This document shows, piece by piece, positions 1 through 10,620 of a stretch of DNA of 64,000 nucleotides. The number at the start of each line of letters is the position of its first letter. The stretch's first letter is position 1. Source of the DNA: Octopus sinensis. Its lineage: Eukaryota. Both the position numbers and the translations under genes were made by a program. The stretch is from the NCBI RefSeq assembly GCF_006345805.1, contig NC_043015.1:930001-994000 (forward strand), given 5' to 3'. Below the pieces are notes generated by a model. It did no database searches, was not told the origin of the DNA, and was given only the letters and a program-made list of their open reading frames with translations.

Positions 1-299
1 ATCTGGCGTCCATTTCAGGTCTAATGTTTTAATCTCTGTAACGTAAACGCCTTGGAAATCGACAGAACATCCCTATTAGATCCCTATTATTTCTAGAACT
101 CGAGAAAGTGTTCGGGACTAGTGCTTGGTGATGATGTTGGGGCAGTTGAGCCCCAAATCAGTGCTATCTGAGTGTATGACTTAATATCCTAAGATCGGAG
201 TAGTCACATGCTAGCCTTGACCATCCCATATTTTCTCTATATACAAGTAATCCAAAGCCACATTATAAAACAAGTTGTTTTATTATCGTCTTGATGTGC

Positions 300-440
300 G
301 AGTGCAAATTCCGCCGCGGTCGATTTTGCCTTTTATCCTTTCGGGGCCGATAAAATACGTACCAATTGATCAACGAGGTCAATCTAATCGACCTGCACAT
401 TTCCCGAAATTGCTGGCCTTTTGTCAAAACTTGAAAGCCT
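300..440 (+). mobile_element. SINE family A (tRNA-derived), degenerate 5'-truncated copy
   Basis: Carries the family body CAAATTCCGCCGCGGTCGATTTTGCCTTTTATCCTTTCGGGGCCGATAAAAT seen in about 25 units across the window. Confidence 0.8.
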
Positions 441-644
441 TAGTTTGACTTGAAGAACATTTTGGCTGCTATTTCTAGCTGGTAAGAAGCTACGAACAGA
501 TTTCCTTATCGACTCGAATAAAATAATATGATGTTATATAATAAAATTTTATTATTTGTCTTTTACTTGCTTTAATCATTGAATGGCTAACATACGGGGG
601 TACGGTCTTGATGGGTTAAGTCGGATCTGGTACTTATATTATTA

Positions 645-930
645 TTATATTTAACCTGCAAGCGTAAGCGAAAGCAGAGTATTGTAGTCGCTCATCTTCG
701 CCTTTTTGTCTGTGTGTTTGCAAAATAACTAGAAAATGGCTGAATGGATTTTCACTAAATTGGAAAAATATACTTATTGGATGAGTGGGTCGAACTCATT
801 AAATTTTGGTTTGAATATCTTCAAAACCGGCGGATGGATGAATCAAAATGATTTTTTCTTTGTTACATATTCATATACCATAGGCAGGGGAAATCGCACT
901 AAATGTCATTTTGTAGAAATATGAATTCGT
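645..930. mobile_element. HINE/Helentron-like non-autonomous element
   Basis: Subterminal hairpin CTGC-AAGCGTAAGCGAAA-GCAG, then a TGTCTGTGTGTTTG microsatellite and ATAACTAGAAAATGGCTGAATGGATTTTCACTAAATT. This layout is typical of HINE-type elements. Confidence 0.5.
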
Positions 931-984
931 CTGAGCATATAGTTATTAAATTAAATGTTATTTTATCCGTGTGTGCACGCAGGG

Positions 985-1130
985 CATACATCGCCCCTCC
1001 GATGACTTTGTCAGAGCCGCGTAGAGCTTAGGTGTTTCGCTCATAAACATACATCGACCGGTCTGAGATTTGAAACCGCGATCCCTCGACCACGATTCTG
1101 CTGCTCTAACCACTAGGCCATGTGCCTCCA
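985..1130 (-). mobile_element. SINE family B, diverged 5' half
   Basis: The reverse complement matches the tRNA-like head and AAACACCTAAGCTC segment of the full copies at 16570-16955 and 44970-45357. Confidence 0.75.
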
Positions 1131-2080
1131 CAGACACACAATTTAGAGAGAGAGAGAAACAGAGATGTAGAGTAAAGGAAACATGAACAGATGCTGACAA
1201 CAGTACAGGAATGATATCCAGGTAATGCAAAGGAAAACTCAAAAAGGACGTATGAGATACAAACACTGAAAAAGCGAAAATCCGGAATAATTACTGTTAG
1301 ACCTTCTGTCCGACGCTCGGCGATACAAATAAGTTTTCGTTTTCCCTCAACTTCTATACTGCTAGATTTCATTTCATCTCTAGAACAATCTGGTTTAAAA
1401 GCAATGTACGGGTGGGTTAACAGATATGCATACTAAAATTCTGCTGTTATGTATTAAGGTACGTAGTTGTTGTTCTTGATGCTATAGTATTTAGCTTTAA
1501 TTCTACCCTGAATTAATAAGACAAATTGGAAAGCATCTCAGCTATTCTCTTCCTACTTACATTATACGTGCCTCAAGCTAAGCTGTGAGATGTAGAATAA
1601 GATACAATTTCCAACATTCGTAAAATAGTGAGTAGAAATTATTCAAATATTAAATAATCACTTTGCGACGAAGAAGTGGGGGATTGTTTAACGTTCAGAG
1701 TGGGGCCTTTTATCAGTGAACTGTAAATCTAACTGCTACATAAAGTAATACTTTAGCACAATATTCATGAATGAGTCTGTATAATAACGTACATTTTCTA
1801 TAATCTGACAATATTACACTCATTCAGTAAATGCTTTTGAAACCGAATATGAATCGTCAGCACTATGGTTTTTTTTTTAGAGAATGTAATAAAACTACTT
1901 GTATTATCAACAATAAATACGGTGCTGTGCAAAATTTAAAGCCTATTCTCAAGAGAACAATTCAAGTGTAGAATATATTCAAAATATTACAATCGCGCTT
2001 TTGTAACAACTTTCTCAGGAAATTAAAGAAAAGCTCTTAAACCACCGTTATTATAATATATTAATTTACTTATAAATTAT

Positions 2081-2120
2081 TCAAATACTCTGTTGCATAA
2101 TCGCATTATCAATGCAGAAC
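2081..2120 (-). CDS. candidate terminal exon (phase 2; FCIDNAIMQQSI*)
   Basis: Acceptor ATATTTTTCACAG. The phase is compatible with the candidate exon at 3978-4039. No homology recognised. Confidence 0.15.
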
Positions 2121-2524
2121 CTGTGAAAAATATGTTGTGGTAATTAAGTCGTGTTCTCTCTCTAATTCTAAAATCTACCCGCGCTGTCAAATTTTCCTTT
2201 GATAATTTCAATGGAAAGGCCTTAAAGGAAACATTAAGAAAGTAGCAGATGTTGATTTGACGTAAGGGAGAAGTTAAGAGTGATGTCGTTTAAATAATTC
2301 GTTCGGAAAAGAAAATCTATCGGCTTTCTGATGAAGGACCTAGCATAAAACGTATAGTGTCCCTGTTTCTTCACGACTGTGATCATTTAAATCAGTGCTC
2401 CTTAACTAGGGTCCATAGAAGATATTCCTATATCTTGTACTAATGTGCAAAAAATAGGTTATATTTCAGCAATACATAGAATATTTTCAAAATTACAATT
2501 GTTAATAATATTTAAAAAATAAAA

Positions 2525-2660
2525 TGGATTGCTTTGGTCCAATGAGTAGAACGCTAGTAATGTCTGCAGGAGCTACGGGTTCGTTTCCTACGGGCAGCCT
2601 CCAAATTTTTTAAAGGTGGTACCCCAGCATGGCCACAGCTCGTGAGCTGAAACTAGATAA
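2525..2660 (+). mobile_element. short degenerate SINE: tRNA-like head joined directly to a family C-type tail
   Basis: B-box-like GGGTTCGTTTCC followed about 30 bp later by AAAGGTGGTACCCCAGCATGGCCACAG...CTGAAAC, the 3' tail of family C. Confidence 0.55.
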
Positions 2661-3079
2661 AATAAATTAGATAAATTATAATAATACAATAAGATTTTTA
2701 AAGTATACAATAGGATACATAAACAAAAATTAGTTGGGAACCTGATTTAAATATAGTTTAATAATGGAAACATTCAATAGTTTACTTAGACGCGTCTTGT
2801 CATTGTCCTAGAAGTTTCCTAATCTCAGGTCGTTATTTACTACACAGCAGCCATAACCATCCCGTCTTAAACAAACGATTTAACAAGTTTACGATGTGGG
2901 AACATTCTGTAGCCTTTGTTTAAGCTTTTGAGTAAAAGCGTTACAGAGCCGTCTCTAACGTATTTTGTAGTTTTCTTGCTGAAAAATTATATCTGCTATT
3001 ATAAATCGTTTTGAAACTTTTAGCTCAAACCCAGTATTTTCGAGGTAGTGGCTAAGTATTTTGCCCAGCGTGGTAACTT

Positions 3080-3310
3080 TTCTTATTTCTTTACTGCCCA
3101 GAAGGGGCTACACACAGATGGGACAAAGAAGGACAAACAAACGGATATTGTCGCTTATATCGATTCCCAGTGCTTAACTGGTACTTATTTAATCGACCCC
3201 GAGAGAATGAAAGGAAAAGTCCACCTCGGCAGAATTTCAACTCAGAAAGTTGTGACAGACGAAATACTGCTAAGCATTTCGCCCGGCGTGTTAACGATTC
3301 TGCCATCACT
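3080..3310 (-). mobile_element. SINE family A (A1 tail type)
   Basis: Reverse complement of the 45727-45955 consensus, including the GTAAAGAAATA tail. Confidence 0.85.
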
Positions 3311-3977
3311 CCACCGTACTCTGCTATTATTTATTGCAATATGATATTCCTCATTTCTAATAGCAGTCTGGGATTTGACGGAAGGACATTTACCTGCTAC
3401 TTTTAGCAGTTCGAGCAAAGTGTGCAAGTCAACTTCCCTTGTATTAAATTCTCCATTAAGACCAGGATGGTGTTTTGTGACCTACTTCACTATTTTAAAT
3501 AAGTTAGTGTTAGTAGTGCCGAGAAATTTTATTTTGGTATTCAGATGTGGGTGGCGGTTTCGATTCACGGGGAAGAAAGATCCTTAACTGTCGGTGGTAA
3601 ATATGATTTTTTAAAGTTTCAAATTTTCGCCAAAAAAAAATAAGAAAGAAAAAGCACAGCTTAATAGAAATTGTCTACAATGGCGATTAGTTTTTAACTA
3701 ATCATACATACAGAAATACGAAAAAAAAAGCAAAAGCGCACACAAATACATTAAAGAATATTAGGTAATTAGTTAAATAATATTATGAACAGAACATAAA
3801 GGTATCGCCACATCATAAATAGCTCAAAGAAAGGTGAAATTTTATAAAAGAGAAAGAAAAAAAATTGTTCTTTATAACTCTTTTTTTACATGTTATGTAT
3901 ATATTTTATATTGTTTCATTTTCAGTAAGAACTATCACCTCGAAAGCACTGTGAATAATAATCAAAACCATCTTTAC

Positions 3978-4039
3978 CCTGGAGAATCAATCTTCTCACA
4001 ATAGTTGAAAGCTAAATATTCGGATATCTTCTGCTGAAA
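3978..4039 (-). CDS. candidate internal exon (FQQKISEYLAFNYCEKIDSPG)
   Basis: Strong acceptor TTTGTGTTTTCCTTATTTTTAACCAG, donor GG|GTAAAG, and only one of three frames open over 62 nt. No homology recognised. Confidence 0.2.
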
Positions 4040-5214
4040 CTGGTTAAAAATAAGGAAAACACAAATAAATATATATATCAAATGCTTTTTTTTCTTTTTG
4101 TAATTTGTGTATTTGACTATGTAGTATGTATGATAACATTATAGTGTATGTGTATAAGTCTTTTTGACTATGGTGTATGAGTAAAAATTATCTCTTTACT
4201 TTATTCCTGTGTCAATGTGTGAGTATTTGTGTGTGGGTTTTATCTCGCTTTATACGTATATTCATCTATAAGCAGAAGCACCGACCTTTTTACCAAAAAA
4301 TGCTTTGTGCTATTATTCTATTTAGCAAGGAACCCCATTTTCCCATAAAAGGCGATTTGTCTCTTTTGTTTTAGTATTTGCGTGTACAATACGCATAGAC
4401 GGAATGTGTGAGTGTCTGTATGTATACTGTGGATATGTATATCTTCCAGATGGGAGGCATAACTTGTGCCCATATTTTGGTGTGCTTATGCGACTACACA
4501 CAAACATATATATATATTGTAAACTGAAATGTATGTGTGCGTATGGGATTTAATGTTTTTGTATGTATTTATGAAGAATGAAAGAATGTTAGCGGGGTTT
4601 TTTCACGTGAAACAAAGCAAAAAATTCCTCGCCAAATTCAAATCTGACCTTAAAAAATAATAATGAAAAAAAGAAAGGAATTTGTTTTACTTTTTTTTTA
4701 CTTTATTATTTATCAAAAAAATAAGGCCTAAATCAGGAATGGCTGTAAAAATAAAACCAACATCATCTTAAACATATTCATCCGCTTTTTCCATACATAA
4801 ACAGACACGAAACGTTACAACCTTTAATAAAACAATTCACAGAACAGAATAATAAAACAAAATTAAACCGCAAACATGAGGACAAATACATCATATGAAA
4901 GGTAACAAAAATGACAGAACATAACAATGAGATAAGCGAAACAATAGGATGTGCCTTCTATACATCTCAAAAAAGCAATATTTAATGATGTAAATGCTGT
5001 TGTATTTATAATTGTTGTTGGTGTAGTTATTGGTGTTGTTTCTGATGTTGTGTTATTGGTGGTGTTATTGTTTGTACATAAATTTACTTTTATTTGTTAA
5101 TTTATTATTTATGTTTTCCCTGTATTGTGTTTGTATTACTAAGATAGATATTCGGTTTCAGTTCTGGCGTAGAAAGAATGGCTTCCTTTTTAAGAAGACA
5201 AACTTTACTCAGAG

Positions 5215-5525
5215 GGCGGCGAGCTGGCAGAAACGTTAGCACGCCGAGCGAAATGCATAGCCGTATTTCGTCTGCCGTTACGTTCTGAGTTCAAATGCAG
5301 CTGAGGTCGACTTTGCCTTTCATCCTTTCAGAGTCGATAAATTAAGTACCAGTTACGCACTGGGGTCGATATAATTGACTTGATCCGTTTGTCTATCCTT
5401 GTTTGTCCTCTCTGTATTTAGCCCCTTGTCGGTAATAAAGAAACAGATATAATCGACTTAATCTGTTTGTCTGTCCTTGTTTGTCCTCCCTGTGTTTAGC
5501 CCCTTGTGGGTAGTAAAGAGATAGA
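5215..5525 (+). mobile_element. SINE family A (A1) with duplicated 3' tail
   Basis: Full head GGCGGCGAGCTGGCAGAAACGTTAGCACGCCG and B-box GAGTTCAAAT. The tail segment GATATAATCGACTT...GTAAAGA occurs twice. Confidence 0.9.
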
Positions 5526-5584
5526 AGACAAAATTTACTTCCAGACCTGCATTTCCATATCCTTTTAATATTTCACCTTAATAA

Positions 5585-5770
5585 TGCAGCGAGCTGGCAA
5601 AATACTTAGCGGCATTTCGTCCGTCTTTACGCTCTGAGTTCAAATTCCTCCGAGGTCTACTCTTCCTTTTATCATTCGGATGTCGATAAAATAAGTACCA
5701 GTTGAACACTGAGGTTGACTTAAAACCTCCCCCTAAATGGCCGGTCTTGTGTCAAGATGTGAAACCAATA
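5585..5770 (+). mobile_element. SINE family A (older A2 tail type)
   Basis: Head and body match family A. The tail is CCCCCTAAATGGCCGGTCTTGTG-type. Confidence 0.8.
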
Positions 5771-6013
5771 GTTTATCTTAATTATATTTCTTCTAAATAT
5801 ATTTTGATTCGTTATCGGAGTATAGAAAAAAGTAACCGAGAAAATACATAAGGAAACAAACTTTTTTAAAGTATTTAACATTTTTTTTTATTATGTAGCC
5901 GTAAATAAAGTTAAACTCAAAGCACCACATCATCATACATGACGTCAATTGCGTATATAGATCTAATCAGAAAGAAAATGTAGAATACACTTTCACACAA
6001 ACTTTATCGATCA

Positions 6014-6431
6014 GGGAACTTTTCGGTTTGAACGGCAGTTTTTTCTAGCGGTGTCATATGAAATTGTCACCCATATTTATGACCCTAGAATCGATTTATT
6101 GCATTTCAATCTCTTTTAGGGTTAGGGTTAGGAGTAGGCGAAGGGTATCTTTTTCTCTTCAAAAATGTAAATAAACCCAATCTCTTTCTTAAACTAGGGA
6201 CATATTCATACGGTACAGAATGCTTTTTAACTCAATAGACGTCACTGATTGGTTGAAATAGCAGAAATTGAAGAAAAAAGACAACAAATATCTTACAAAC
6301 TATAGAATTTTCTCAATAAAGCCAAGAGAAAAAGATGTTTTATAAACACATTCTACCAGTATACGAAGTTTAAAATTTTTTAGTTACCTAGAAATTATGT
6401 TAAAAACTGCCGTGCAAACCTTAAAGATCCC
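6014..6431. mobile_element. MITE, about 418 bp with about 30-bp terminal inverted repeats
   Basis: Left end GGGAACTTTTCGGTTTGAACGGCAGTTTTT; right end, reverse-complemented, GGGATCTTTAAGGTTTGCACGGCAGTTTTT. No coding capacity and no clear TSD. Confidence 0.75.
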
Positions 6432-7074
6432 ACATCAGCTCTCAACTCACATACACTTCAATATTTCGGACACTCCAGTATTTCGACCATCAGTTTTTAC
6501 TTTATTACTGGAATAAAAGAGTGCAATTTAAGATTAAAAATTAAGTGGGAACCATTAAATGCAGGAAATTTTTTACAAGTAACCACATCATTTATCTCGT
6601 AGATTTTAAAACCTCTTGTTCAATTAAGAGGGTAGTTATTTTATACACCGCAGGGTAGAAAAATTAAAATTGTGGTGATGAGGTATGGTGTGGCGTTCTG
6701 TATTGGGGTACGGAGCTACACTCAATGTTGCGATAAGAAGCCAATTCGACTTTGACAATAGTCAAATTTGGGTATGTAAGTTAGCGAGTCACTTGTCAAT
6801 ATCTCAGCCCATTGTAATCTTACGTCCTGTCACCATGTCACAGCCACGCCTTTTATTGTTCAGATTGTGCTTGCAGATTCAAGGTATCGTATAAGGAGGG
6901 GTTTGCTACTCATTAGTTTTCTGGCAGTTGACAATATTATTGCTGTTGTTATTGTGGCTGTTGTTGTTGTTGTTGTTGTAGCTGTTGTTGTACGTATGGT
7001 CGACGCTATTCTTTACGCTGTTGAAATCTTTTTTGTTGTTTAGGCTAAAATCTAATCACGGAGGAAGGGCAGCG

Positions 7075-7210
7075 GATCGGATAGTGGAATCATTAGAAAA
7101 TTAGACAAATTGCCTTGCGGTATTTAGTTACGACTTGAAGTTCTGGGTTCAAATCCCACAAATTCACATTTTGATTCGCCTCTATAATTGCCCGATAAAC
7201 TAAAATACCA
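7075..7210 (+). mobile_element. highly degenerate SINE family A copy
   Basis: B-box GGGTTCAAATCCC followed by a decayed body and CCCGATAAACTAAAATACCA. Confidence 0.5.
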
Positions 7211-7491
7211 CGATAGAATTTAGGATGATTTTGTTGAAAATACGAACACCCACATCGAATATATAAATCAGTCAATAAATATATAAATAAATAATGTTCG
7301 AGGTCCTTTAACAATGATAGAATTGGATATTGAAGGGAAGCAAAGCGGTTGGAATATTACTACCTGTGCTTGGGAAATTGTTTTTAACAGTTTCTTTTCG
7401 GTTATGTACCTTTGTGATTTGAGTTTAAATCCCATGACAAGCATAGATAAATAAGTACAAATTAATAATCAGTATGTATTCAGACGTCTAG

Positions 7492-7745
7492 TGGAAGCGC
7501 GTGGATTAGTGGTTAGGGTATCAGCATCATGATCGTAAGATTTTGGTTTCGATTCCAGGACCGGGCGAGGCATTGTGTTCTTGAGCAAAACACATAATTT
7601 CACGTTGCTCCAGTCCACTCAATTGGCAAAAATGAGTAAAGCTGCGATGGACTGGCGCCCCGTCCAGCGGGGGAACACGTACACCATAGAAACCGGGAAA
7701 CCGGGCCCATGAGCCTGGTTAGGCTTTAAAAGGGCGCATTTATTT
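7492..7745 (+). mobile_element. SINE family D (tRNA head + CORE-like domain)
   Basis: A/B-box head, CORE-like TGTGTTCTTGAGCAAAACAC, and CTGCGATGGACTGGCGCCCCGTCCAG as in CORE/V-type SINEs. Single copy in the window. Confidence 0.7.
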
Positions 7746-7821
7746 TGTTTATTTAGACGTCTGCATCTTCTCTCAAAGTATGCACTCTACACTAGGAGTC
7801 TAGAAGTGAATATTAATAATG

Positions 7822-8172
7822 CGGAATCGCAATGGCCCAATGGTTAGGCCAGCGGACTCGCGGTTGTAGGATCCCGATTTCGATTCTCAGACGAGGCGTT
7901 GTGGATGTTTATTGAGCGAAAACACCTAAAGCTCCACGAGGCTCAAACAGGGCGTGGTGGAGAACCCTGCTGTATTCTTTCATCACAACTTTCTCTTACT
8001 CTTTCTTCCTGTTTCTTTTGTACCTGTGTTTCAAAGGGCCAGCCGTGTCACACTCTGTGTGATGCTGAATCTGTCTGTGGAGTGTTCAGCCACTTGCACG
8101 TTAATTTCACTAGCTGGCTGTTCCGTTGATCGGATCAACTGGAACCCGCGTCGTTGCAACCGACAAAGTGCC
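7822..8172 (+). mobile_element. SINE family B with internal deletion
   Basis: Colinear with 44970-45357 but lacks about 35 bp (the ATATCCCCGAGAACTACGTTAAGGGTACACGT segment). Confidence 0.85.
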
Positions 8173-8189
8173 ACGATTAATTATAACCG

Positions 8190-8830
8190 TAAGGCGGCGA
8201 GCTGGCAGAATATTTAGCGCGCCGAAGGAAATGGTTAACGGCATTTTTTCTGTCTTCATGTTCTGAGTTAAAATTCCGCCGATGTCAACTTCGCCTTTCA
8301 TCCTTTTGAGGTCGATAAAATAAGTACCAGCTGAGTACAAGGGTCGATGCAATCAACTCAATCCTTTCCCCGAAATTGCTGACCTTGGGCCAAAATTTGA
8401 ATTGCTCGAGTAAAGGCGGTGCTCCAGCATGACCACAATTAAATGACTGAAAAGAGTAAAAGTTGGGGTTGAATTTAGCTTTCATATTTTCGGGGTCGAT
8501 AAAAAAGTACCAGTTGAACACTAGGGTCGATGTAATCGACTAACACCGTAACCTGAAATTGGTCTCCTTGTGCCAGATTTTGAAATTAATGTTGATACTG
8601 ACCAATTGTAACGCGGCGAGCTAGTTGAATCGCTAGCATATCGGCCAAAACTCTTTCCGGTATTTCGTCCGTCCTTACGTTCTGAGTTCAAATTCTCGGA
8701 GACTGATTTTGTCTATCATCATTTAGGGCATCGATAAAATATGTACAGTGACATACTGGGGTCGACATAATTGACTTAACTCTTTCGTTGAAATTGCTGG
8801 CCCTGTTCCAAATTTGAAAGCAATAAAGAC
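8190..8830 (+). mobile_element. three adjacent SINE family A (A2) copies plus a family C tail fragment at about 8410-8460
   Basis: Repeated body CCTTTCATCCTTT...GTCGATAAAATAAGTACCAG near 8300, 8490 and 8720. Confidence 0.8.
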
Positions 8831-9029
8831 GATTTGTATTGGTAATGTCTTTGAAGCTTTTAATAAAATGCTTTGCAGTTCATGGTGTTCCTTACTCTCT
8901 AAATACACATCACACCGAAGCCAATAAAATGAAATACATATTTAGTACTAAGATTGAAATTATCTGCAGAACATCACCGATCAAAACTGCTAACATTGGG
9001 GTTAATATAATAAATAATATTCTTTTCTA

Positions 9030-9220
9030 CTCTAGGTACAAGGCCCGAAATTTTGGGGGGAGAGACCAGTCGATCAAATCGACCATAGAGCGCAAATTGT
9101 ACTTAATTTATCGACCCTGAAAGGATGAAAGGTAAAGTCGACCCCTGCAGAATTTGAACTGAGAACGTAAAGACATACGAAACACGGCTAAGAATTTCGC
9201 CCGGAGTGTTAACGTTTCTA
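9030..9220 (-). mobile_element. SINE family A (A2)
   Basis: Reverse-complement match to the family A head, body and A2 tail. Confidence 0.8.
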
Positions 9221-9221
9221 T

Positions 9222-9642
9222 TTACTCTCTTTACTCTCTTTTAATCTCTTTTACCTCTTTCAGTCATTTGACTGCGGCCATGCTGGAGCACCGCCTTTAA
9301 TCGAGCAACTCGACCGCGGGTCTTATTCTTTGTAAGCCCAGTACTTATTCTATCGGTCTCTTTTTGCCGAACCGCTAAGTGACGGTGACATAAACACACC
9401 AGCATCGGTTGTCAAGCAATGCTAGGGGGGCAAACACAGACACACAAACACACACACACATACATATATATATATACATATATATGACGGGCTTCTTTTA
9501 GTTTCCGTCTACCAAATCCACTCAGAAGGCTTTGGTCGGCCCGAGGCTATAGTAGAAGACACTTTTCCCAAGGTGCCACGCAGTGGGGCTGAACCCGGAT
9601 AAATGTGGTTGGTAAACAAGCTACTTACCACACAGCCATTTC
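9222..9642 (-). mobile_element. SINE family C, full length (tRNA head, CORE-like TTGGGCAAGTGTC, internal TA/TG microsatellite, (GTAAAAGA)n tail)
   Basis: Reverse complement of 30655-31078. Confidence 0.9.
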
Positions 9643-9659
9643 TGTATTGCCTACAATAA

Positions 9660-9915
9660 ATGGTAACTAATTTATCGACCTCGAAAGGATGAATAGCAAA
9701 GTCGACCTCAGCGGAATATGAACTCAGAATGTAACTGCAGACGAAACACTGCTAAGAATTTCGCACGATGTGCTAACGTTTCTGCCAACTCTCCGCCTTG
9801 AGAAGGATGAATGGCAGAGATGACTTCGGTGGTATTTGAACTAGGAACGTAAAGACAGAAGAAATGCCGCTAAGCATTTCACCCGGCGTGGTAACGTTTC
9901 TGCCAGCTCGGCGTC
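9660..9915 (-). mobile_element. two partial SINE family A copies in tandem
   Basis: Two successive head+body segments (GAAAGGATGAA...GAACT...GAAAT...CTAAG...GTTTCTGCCA). Confidence 0.75.
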
Positions 9916-10339
9916 TGACATAACAAATAATATTAATAACAAAGACTCTGGAATAGAGTAGGGGGAAAGAAGACTTGCGATATATATTTACGTGTGGTTA
10001 CGTTCAGAGTTCAGGCCTCTCAAAGGTATGAACTCTACACCTGATCGTTTCCGAATACATATAATAGATATTGGCCAAGTCTGCTTTTCATACGTCACCA
10101 CGTCGATCAATGACACCTGGTGACTTCCTTTGACAAGTGGAATGCGCTTTACCTGAGTTTTATGTGTAAGAATTCAAAAATATGTTTTCTTCACATATGC
10201 TTTTTACAATTCACCATCTTGAAAGCTATAAACACTGGAGTCTATTAAATCGATACAAATTTAAACAAAAACGTGTTGCCCTGTCCCTGAATTACGTATC
10301 GATATCAATATCAAAAATAGGCATAAGTTTTAAGACCAA

Positions 10340-10620
10340 ATGCCTCCGATGTCTACTTTGCCTGTTATCATTTCTGAGTTGATAAAATAAATACCAGTTG
10401 AACAATGGAGCCGCTCTAATTGACTAGCCCCCTCCCTCAAAATTACTGGATTTGTGTCAGAATTTGAAACCAATATTCATTAAAACTGTTAGCACCAGGA
10501 CAGTAATTTTGGGGAGCGGGTAAATTAATTACATCGACCAGAGTGCTCAACTGATACTTATCCAATCGACTCCGAGTGGATAAAAGGCAATTTCGACCTC
10601 GATGGAATCGTGATAACATT
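10340..10620. mobile_element. two degenerate SINE family A fragments in opposite orientation
   Basis: Plus-strand body at 10340-10460 and minus-strand body at 10500-10620. Confidence 0.6.

Noticed and set aside
2322-2360. CTGATGAAGG...AAAACGTA hammerhead-like words
   Set aside because: GAAA is mutated and neither helix I nor helix II can be formed.
6115-6131. Telomere
   Set aside because: Only about three TTAGG(G) units, and they are internal to a MITE.
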